A stretch of 45,579 nt of DNA from Azolla caroliniana (lineage: Eukaryota > Plantae > Polypodiophyta), in assembly GCA_043228905.1 (NCBI GenBank), contig JBHGNT010000247.1, positions 1 through 45,579 on the forward strand, in the 5' to 3' direction. Position numbers and translations under genes: made by a program. A model generated the notes under the pieces. The model did no database searches. It was given only the letters and a program-made list of their open reading frames with translations, and was not told the origin of the DNA. Every line of letters begins with the position of its first letter. The first letter of the stretch is position 1. Positions 1 through 8,931 of this stretch are shown one piece after another.

Positions 1-2840
1 GCAGGTCGTGTACTTGTAGCTAACCAAGTTCTTTTAGCTACTATTTGGTATATTGCTTCTACTACGTTGTTTGCTAGATCGTGTATTTTATAGATGCAAC
101 GCCTCATTCGTAATTACATTTGGGGAGTAAAAACAGGTCAAGATAAAAGGCCTAAAGTAGCTTGGGTAGTATTGATTGCTCCGCGACAAAATGGTGGGTT
201 GGGGCTGGTGGATCCAGAAGGCTTTGCTTTCTAAATTTGTGTGTAGAGCTATGTTGCCAATGCAAGGTGTTTGGAGTCGTTTGATGATGCATAGGTTGTC
301 TACTCTGTGTCCGACAATAAGAGGAAAGTGGCAACCATCATTAAGATGGGCCTTTATTCAAAATTTTCATTTGTTTAAAACAACCTTATCAGAAGATAGG
401 TTTTTTGTTGTCACCGGGCTAGACAAGCCACTAACACAGGGTATCCCTTTAGAACACTTCACCAAAGGGGTGGTACGGTAAGGTATGTGCAGACCGTGAT
501 ACAGGACTGATCCTTCCCGGTCACTCTCCGGAATGATTAACTTGATACACGCATATGATAATCACATTAAGCACAGAACGGTGTTAACAAGATACACAAT
601 ATGTAAAGACACAACACTTCTCTATTAATTATCCGTCCTCAATTACATCATCTTCGAATCCTTTTATAGGTATCTGGTTGTGCTACAAACCGATGCCAAC
701 TAGCAACCGGCTACGAATCGGTCCAGATCCGGATCGGCATACCGATTCCGGGTCCGTCCGTCCGATCTTATAATTATCATAATTTATCTAATTACAACTC
801 CCAAAACCAAATCCCCTTTCATACTCTGGCCTAACGGGCCAACACATGGCACGCCCGTGCGACAGTACATTGTACGTCGAACCCATGGTTAGCCCCTTCA
901 TTCATCCTCCAAAATGTCCAGAATGCTCTAGTCCAGGGGTTCCAACGGTTCATCGGGTACTTGCTCCATCGGCTGTTGTTGTTTCTCCTCCGGTTATAGT
1001 TGTTGTTGTTGTTGTTGGTCTTCAATATGCTCTTCCTCTCTGGCTCTATCTGTATCCGGCTCTACTATTCTCGGCGCTACTAGTCTTGGCACCATGTCCG
1101 TCCGTCCGATCTTATAATTATCATAATGATCTTATAATTGTCGTAATTATCTAATTACAACTCCCAAAACCAACTCCCATTTCATACTCCGGCCTAACTG
1201 GCCAACAGTTTTTAATGGAATTCTCACAAGTTGGTAAGCTGTTAAAAAGCTTCTAGTTTGGAAGGTGCCTTCGACAATGGATGACTTGTTGAGACAGCCT
1301 TTGACCTGGAATTTTCTCTTTTCAAATACAAGGGGTTTTCTGTTTGGTAGCCGTCCTCGGTTGAATTGGGCTTCTATGGATGCATCAATAGCAAGTAATG
1401 TTCTATCACGGGGATGTTATGTTATGAATCAACCGTTACAATCTCTGTCGAGGCTTTCAGTTCAAGGAAGTGTTATTATGTGTAATGATATGCAAGTGGC
1501 ATTGGACAAATTATGGCTTCATGGTCCCCCTCTAGCAATCATATTTGGTTTGGTTATTTCTCTCCTTTAAAAGTTATTCTAGGAGCTAAAGTAATTAACA
1601 CTACGGGTGATGTAATATACTTTAATGTGGATGATGATGGTAGGTTGTGGCATGTATTTTCTGCATCAGATGTGTGGATGTTCGCCAATGTTTCAGCGAT
1701 TCAAGTAGTTGCAAGATCTAAGAAAAAATGGTTCTTGGATTCACCCTTTCAAGAATGCTTACGGTGTTGTTCATTGTGGGTTTTTCAAAAAAAACTGCTT
1801 TATAATTTGAATTGGGATCCAGTTGATTATCAATGGAAAAAACCGAGTGCTAGTGGAAATGGTAAACATTTGGAGTTTTCCCAGTATTTGGTTAAGCTAG
1901 GTAGAAATTTATTATTGCAATCAAAGTATAAATGCCCTGCTACCGTGAAGCATTGGACTGCAAATAATGTGAATGCATTGCAACTTACAAAATTCTGGAA
2001 ATGGTTGTGGTGTATGCAGTTGCTGAAAAAAGTGATTTGTTTTCTTTGGTTGTTGATGCATTATGCTCTTCCTGTTGGTGGTTGGTTGAGGCAAAATCAA
2101 CAATATGCTTGTGGAATGCATTGTGGTGCATCTATGGAATATTGTTTGCCTTGGTTTTGGTTATGTCCCAAAATCAAGCAATTTTGGAGTAAGTTGTTTT
2201 TATTATTGAGACACCAGTATTCTCGTTCTATTTTCTCGTGGGGTGCAGTATTATGGGGTATCCTTCATGGAGATGTTATGAAGTATGAAAGTATGCATGT
2301 TTCTCATGTCTTTCACTTTTCCCATGGGTACATCTATCTCACTTCATTTCCATCTTTTATTCCACGGTTTAGAATTGAAATTTTGATTATTTGGTGTACT
2401 ATTACGTCATTAGCTCTTTGAACAATATGGAAAATGAGATGTGAGGTTGTTTTTAATAATGCTCACATACATCTTAGAACCATGCGTATTGAATTCTGGT
2501 TGTTATTTGTCCATACCATACATGGGCAATATGATGATCTGTAGGGTTCGGTTGATGCTCTAAGGCAACGTGAAGTGGACTTCAAGAAACGGTGGCAAGG
2601 GCTTCACTTATTTTCAGATACAACTTCTGGTATGAGGTGGAATTATGCCATACCTTCGTTTTTATTGCATAGCTTGTAGCTTGTGTGCTCCTCTCGTTTC
2701 TTATATGATATCATTTGTTTGATCAAATGTTGGTATTAGTTTTTGTATTACAATAGAGGTGAGATGAAACGTCTCCTTCTATTTTCTATATGTACATTTC
2801 TCATGTAATATACTAAGGTCTATCTTTCTTGCAAAAAAAG
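1..2840 (+). mobile_element. Degenerate 3' part of an L1/Tx1-type LINE (end of RT region, zf-RVT region, 3' UTR), interrupted by an LTR-type insertion at 406-1207
   Basis: Frame 1 starts AGRVLVANQVLLATIWYIAS, near-identical to AGRVLIANQVLLATMWHSVS in the LINE at 22226-24993. Broken ORFs 1265-1570 and 1513-2421 are Trp-rich with a degenerate C..C..H..C zf-RVT-like segment. Ends in RWNYAIPSFL-like coding (cf. RWNYQPPRWL in the other LINE) and an A-rich tail near 2833. Confidence 0.8.
406..1207 (-). mobile_element. Internally deleted LTR-retroelement relic (LTR 406-844, short internal piece, partial second LTR ~1098-1207)
   Basis: TGTTG...CAACA termini with GTTTTT on both flanks (400-405, 1208-1213). 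754-844 is repeated at ~1098-1207 and both copies end GCCAACA. TATAAAAG on the minus strand near 661-668. Orientation is tentative. Confidence 0.65.
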
Positions 2841-2998
2841 AAGAAGAAGCAATAAAAGTCTTGTTTTTGTATCTTTTGTAGTTCTTCTTACTTCTTGGAT
2901 TTTCTCCTTTCATATAGTTGTACTAGAGCTCTAACTCTTTTCTATCAATCGTTAACTTGAGCTAAAGAGTGATTACAGCTAAGTGTTAATTAGCCAAA

Positions 2999-3034
2999 AA
3001 CACGTTCGCGTTCACAAGTGGAAGGATTGCGCAT
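2999..3034 (+). repeat. Left terminal inverted repeat
   Basis: Reverse complement of 12035-12070 with one mismatch; preceded by TSD CAAA. Confidence 0.95.
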
Positions 3035-4045
3035 TCCACTTGTAGAATCTTCTTAAAACGAAGAAAATACACCCTCTCTACAATAATTGGATGCACTAGT
3101 ATCACATGTTCCTCAACTTGATAAGAATTTGCAAATATAAAAATACATGATAGATCTACGAGTGGAGATCATTAGAAATCATGCAAGTTTAGACATGTTG
3201 ATAAGTTAATGTATCTAAATAAAGTTCAACTATGGCTCAATATGGCACTATTGTGCGACAAGGGAAACACTAACTTAAAGACTTATATTAATTAGGTAGG
3301 TTTTACAAAAATATGAGGTGTACTTGTATCCATACTAATAAAATGAGATATAATTTATACTTTGACCCATACGTGCATGTATGTAATTGTCGAAAATGTA
3401 GGATAGTGCACATTAGGATAAGTGATTGGAATAACTAACTTATTAAAGTATTCAATACTTATATTAAAAGTTGATCTAATCTATTCCTCAGTTTGTTCAT
3501 ATGGGATCAAACCATATGTGTATATAATTGTGCACAATGTAAGGCAGTGAACTTTAGGATAATGTCGTGGAAATAACAAACCTATTAGGCTTTCATACCT
3601 GTATTTAAAATTGATCTACTCTATTGCTTAGGTGATTCACACAAGATCAAACTCCGAACGATAACGCAACTGGAACCATTATCAACACACTACACAATCT
3701 AAGCAGCAATGGAATAGAAACATAATAGTTTTAACAATATAAGACAAAGATCCATAATAACAACATGGACAGTCATGGCAATAATTATAGGGCCATGTTC
3801 TGTTAAGGTTAGCTTGGACCAAAATCAGCCTCCATTTAAGCTAGTTCATGTTTCTCCATAAGTTTGGTAGTCAGCTATGCACGCGGTGAAACCAATATCA
3901 TAAATCTACTAATCAAGTATATAAAAATAAAATTGAAACATATAGATGATTATAAAGAATAGAATCCACTAGGTAAAACCCAAAATTTGTATTAATAATG
4001 TGAAATCTTAACAAATCGTCAGTGTCATATTCTTTATAGAGTCTA

Positions 4046-7000
4046 TTACATAGCAATCAATTCATCAACGTCATTTTCTTCATCATCTTGTGTAGAACTG
4101 TCTTCGGCTATACGTGCATTGGTTTCCCCTGTTAGCCGGGCCAACGAAATATCTTCTATAAGCTCATCATCAAGCTCTATTAGCTCCCCCGGTTCGCCGG
4201 CTAACGGAGGAATAGGCTCTCGCGAAGCGGGTTGAAACCTTTCTGTATTGGCGAGGTTCTTTGCACCGACCTCCTCATCCTGGTCTGGGCACTCCCACAA
4301 AGCCTTAATCCGCATATTAATAAATATAACTTGGTCCTCGTCCTTCTCCAATGCAACTGTATTTCTAAACAGCTTCAATGCACATGCTGACGTAGTTCCT
4401 ATGATGTAAGTAACAAGAAGATTTAGTTGTCAAACGAAAAAAAGTGATTGGTTATCTCAAGATCGTTACCCTAGTTCGAGGAATACCTGTGCTAGAAAAG
4501 AGATCTAATATCCAGTCTCCTTCGACAGAAAACATCTCGATCAAGCGCATCATAAGTCGTTGAGGTTTTTGGTATGGGTTGACAAGTCCCCGTTCTGTCG
4601 TGGTGACATGTCGCAATTTCCGAGTCACTGCTGGATATACCAACAGATTTGAACCTCCCACTTCATTAGAATGCTCTTTGATTCTCTGTTTTTTAATTTC
4701 ATCGAAGTAGCCAACCGTTATGTATTCAATGGCATTAACGAACCGAAAAGTTGGCCCTCTATTTACATTGGTCTTGATCCTATAAAAAATAATTCATCGA
4801 GTTAAGAATAGATTCAACAACCTTAAGAATTGCAATATAATGAAAGACACCTATAAATAATCCTTACCATGCAAGGTTCTCGATGCCATGGCAACGAGAT
4901 CTCAAAGCTTGAGCTACCGAGTACCCTTGGTCCATACTATGAAAGACAACTATTCGCCACAAGGATGCGGTCGTTAGCTCAGCGAAATCCTTGACCATCT
5001 TCTCCAATTGTTTAAACCTAAACGGTTCATCGTCGTATGATGACCCAGCCATTCGAAATCCGTAAGGAATATCCGCAATCATTAGCGTATATTCCTTCTT
5101 TGGCACCTTCTGGATCAAGTCGATGACATCACCGCAAACCACATTGTAGTAAAGATCTCTCGTAATATCTTTTTTGTGGCTAAATTTTTTAAACGAGCCA
5201 TCTTCCTCCATTTCGTACGCCTTGACTAAGCGACGATCCTTTTCTTTTCTGGCTCGCTCGAGATGTGCAAGGAAGGATGTAGGGAAATCGTGTATATCCT
5301 TAACTTCTCCTTGTTTCTTGCCTCGACACGGTTTCTAATAGAAGCAATAGGACATCAGGTATTATTATACAAGCTCTACATATGATGAAAGGGTAATGAA
5401 AAAACATCAATACTAACCCAATCCTTGAATGCAATAAAATACTCTGATAACGCCTTATACGAAGACGTTAGAGGATAATCCTCGATCACTTGTTCCCAAG
5501 TTATACATCCAAGTTGTTTCATCATAACTTCTTGGATCTTCATGTACACCTTATGACTGTGAAATTAGAAAACGAGATTAGAACTTTGAATTACACCAGA
5601 TAGACTACAATTTCAGTATTTGAAAGACTTACTTATTGAACTCGGTGACCATTTCTTCAAGGCTTAAATCTTTCGCCACAACCCTTGACAAAACCGACAC
5701 AAGAAGCTGCTCGTCCTTAATACCTTGCATCGCTCTCCATAGAGACAGCTTCATGTCGTCTGCCGCTTCTTCAATTGTCAAGTCAATTTTCTTGGCGGCT
5801 TGTGACTTTAATTCTAGTTGAGGGTCAACCCTACATTTCTTTTGTCGTTGACCCTTTACCTCCTTATTCTCCCACATTGAGAAGATTTGATCTTGGAGGT
5901 CCCATACTTCTCCATCTCTAAACGCCAATTGAAACCAAGATTCATACTTTCGAAGACCATCGGACCTAACATTATCATCTACCACAATGCCGACTTCATG
6001 CAGACATTGACGTCGAAGGCCTGGATGTAACTTCACACCAAACTTTTGTTTCACATCTAAATACTCGTGGTGGAAGAACCGTATACGCTCAATAGACGAC
6101 ATTTTCTGCCTATAGTCATTATCATTATTATGGTCCCATGCCAACAGCTTAGCCTCTTCGGTTGTGAGCCCAACATAAATTTTGCACTCGGCATACTTGA
6201 AGAAGAAAGTGGTTGGATGTTCTCTCACAAGTTGCCGACGTGCCTCTGCTGAATGCGATCCACCAATGACAAAATAATTATATTGATCATGCTTTCTGAT
6301 ATCAAAATCTTCAATAGTTTCACATTCTTCAGGATCCACCATAACAATAAAAGGCACCACTGTGGCATGAGGATTAATTTTCATTTTTTTCTTGAGATTT
6401 TGAACATGCATGCGATGAGGCTCTCTAATCTCAAGTGGTCTTCGACCTGTTTTTTCATCAATAGGGGGCCGATGGATGTGTGTTATAGGCAAATTAAATA
6501 CTTGCCCTTTCCTGACCAGCTTCCGTTGCATTAACTCTCTCCTTATTTTATTCTGCTCGGATGACAAGACACCCGAGGCCAGCTCGGCTCCTGGCATCCC
6601 CTTATTATCCTCTTCTTCATTTTCACTTGTCGAATCCGTATCCGACATTTTCGTTGTCTTCTTCTTGGCTGGTCTTGACTGGACTTTGGATACCTTTTTA
6701 GTGGCCTTCAAGTGGGAGGGCTCTTCATCTCTTAGAGTTACATGGCCTTGTATATAAGGCCTCAAGGTAACAATCAGGTTTTGTGAGTTATCAAGTGCTT
6801 TTTTGAACACTTCAGGCCCACAAGATTCCTTTACTAAAAGGTCTTCTGAAAGGAACACTTTGCGTACCCCCTTGGAGCACTCTATCATTACCAGTATGTT
6901 GGCCGAATCTGCATCTTCGTAGTCAAATCGTAGAATTCGGCCATACATAAATGGAGTTTCTTTTCCTAGCTGCCCCTCACCCTTCTTCTTTGTTGTATAC

Positions 7001-8109
7001 AATACGACTTTTTTCTTTGAGTCGACATATTGCATACACCATTCCTTGTCCGTTAGATCTCGGTCAGGAAGGTCTTCGCCTCCAGTAGCGGCGACAAGTT
7101 TCTTTTGGCTTACATCACTATGTGGCTGAGATTTTGTCTCTTCGTTAAAGAGAAGCTTTTTTCCTCTCTTCATGGTCTCCGGAGTTACCTTGGTCTGGGC
7201 TTCGATTGGAGAACCTTGTATGCGAAGCTTAATTTTCTTCACGGGTCGGTCTGACAGGTTCTCAAACGACCTATTTAAGAAAGTATATGCAAAAACATAA
7301 GTTAGACAGTCACGTAGATTGAAGTTGTTATTATAATGAAGAACAGTTTCCAGGAGCAGTAACATATTCAAAAATCTATTATAGGCAGGGCTATTTAACC
7401 TAGAAAATATATATCGTAATAAGTAAAACGGGTTATTTATTCTTTTAAATAGTAGGTATGACTTATATAGATTCTAAACCTATATTGAGGAGAATTTGCC
7501 ATAGTGAAGGCAATTTGTAGATCATTTTCTACTATTTTAAGCTAAAGTAGGTCATAAAACACCTATAATTAGAGCATGTATTTGTTTAAAAGTAAGTAAA
7601 GTCAACATAAAAAAGACTGATTTTGCCAGACAATTTGATATCATTTCCACCCCGTAAACGATTTTTCTCTCTCAAAGGCTACACTTTAAACACGAACTCG
7701 ATACGCCGTATCGAGTTCGTGTTTAAAGTGTAGGTTTTAAACACGAACTCGATACGGCGTCGAGTTCGTGTTTAAAACCTATACTTTAAACACAAACTCG
7801 ATACGGCGTATCGAGTTCGTGTTTAAAGTGTAGGTTTTAAACACGAACTCGATACGCCGTATCGAGTTCGTGTTTAAAGTTTGAATTTTAAACACGAACT
7901 CGATACGGCGTATCGAGTTCATGTATACAATACAAATATTTATACACGAACTCGATACGCCGTATCGAGTTCGTGTATAAATATTTGTATTGTATACATG
8001 AACTCGATACGCCGTATCGAGTTCTTGAGAAACGAAACATATTTACAAAAATGTCTACAGTGTCAGAGGCCTACCTGGACTCCTCGCGCTCGATTCTCTT
8101 GGAAGACAT
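4046..8109 (-). CDS. Spliced ~974-aa ParB-like domain + beta-class N6-adenine/N4-cytosine DNA methyltransferase (N6_N4_Mtase-like)
   Basis: Exons 8109-8075, 7270-5633, 5556-5418, 5334-4868, 4779-4487, 4398-4046. All introns are GT-AG, phases agree, total 2925 nt with no internal stop. ParB-like segment FNLPITHIHRPP...HVQNLKKKMKINP...PFIVMV...YFVIGGSHSAEARR. MTase motifs: VVCGDVIDLIQKVPKKEYTLMIADIPYG (motif IV, DPPY-like), NPYQKPQRLMMRLIEMFSVEGDWILDLFSSTG|TTSACALKLFRNTVALEKD (motifs X/I/II). Motif IV precedes motif I, which is the beta-class order. Confidence 0.88.
7679..8024. repeat. Array of seven tandem palindromes, core GAACTCGATACG(C/G)CGTATCGAGTTC, in intron 1 of the MTase gene
   Basis: Copies at roughly 50-bp spacing; copy 2 has a 2-nt deletion. 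7896-8024 is itself a perfect 64+1+64-bp palindrome. Confidence 0.95.
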
Positions 8110-8252
8110 GGTTGATCGTGTTGAAGTGGAGGCGGAGATCGCGCTTTCGTGCTTTGTGCTCTGAGTGCTTTGTGTGCTCTGTGTGCTCTCTACGTTCTGT
8201 GTGCTCTGTACGCTCTGTACGCTCTGGTGAGTGAAATATGATGAGGTCTTCC

Positions 8253-8260
8253 TATTTATA
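8253..8260 (-). promoter_or_regulatory. TATA box of the ParB-MTase gene
   Basis: TATAAATA(GG) on the minus strand ~150 bp upstream of the ATG at 8109, followed by a 5' UTR with ACAGAGC-type repeats. Confidence 0.65.
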
Positions 8261-8931
8261 GGGATTGAACCCATGGTTAAAGTAACCATAGTCACCTTAA
8301 CCAATGTTGGTAACTTTGAGGATAGTTAGTTTGTAACCATAGTCACATTAACTATAGTAACTTATGATTGTATTAATGATTACAAAGTCAAACTAACATA
8401 TTGATCAATCTTTTATACTCATAACAACCTACAATCACTTCAAAGGTTATGAAGGAGACAATGATAGAGGTTCATGAATGTACCAATGATTGATTACTAA
8501 AAGCAACAATTTTTATGACTCTCAAATGTTATGTATTAAAGATGTGGGCATGAATTAACCAATGATTGATAAGTCTAATATTTAAAATGGTGAGCATTAA
8601 AGAACCAATGAGTGAGACGTTCTATATCAAAATGGGTGTCATTAATTAGCCAATGATTTTAACATTAATCCAACATATTCAAGGCTTGTTAATGATTAGT
8701 TTTATATTTTACTTGATTTAACATCATTTAGATCTAGTTTATATAATGATTGATAATTTAAGTTAAATTACTTTATTAAAAATAATTTTTAGATGTATTG
8801 TATTAATAGAATATTACATAATATAGACATTCTATTGATTTGGCTTTTGTTTAGAGAGAAGTTTATGTTTAGGGAGGAGTATATGGTTAGAGAGGAGTAT
8901 AACTTAGAGAGCCCTATCTAGACCTTAAGCC

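Noticed and set aside
3370-3650. Degenerate ~140-bp tandem duplication inside the transposon's left arm
   Set aside because: Too diverged to assign a function; noted only.
7271-7371. Listed start of the 580-aa ORF (MNMLLLLETV...)
   Set aside because: It lies in intron 1. The AG acceptor at 7272-7271 joins in phase to exon 1 (8109-8075).
7679-8024. CRISPR-like look of regularly spaced palindromic repeats
   Set aside because: Spacers are short and are themselves repeats or inverted copies, there are no cas genes, and the array lies in a spliceosomal intron.
4046-8109. Bacterial contamination as the source of the methyltransferase
   Set aside because: Five GT-AG introns, a TATA promoter, and location inside a TSD-flanked element contiguous with plant sequence.
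7881-8304. Short ORFs over the palindromes and 5' UTR repeats
   Set aside because: Repeat-derived; only the 35 nt at 8109-8075 fit the spliced gene.
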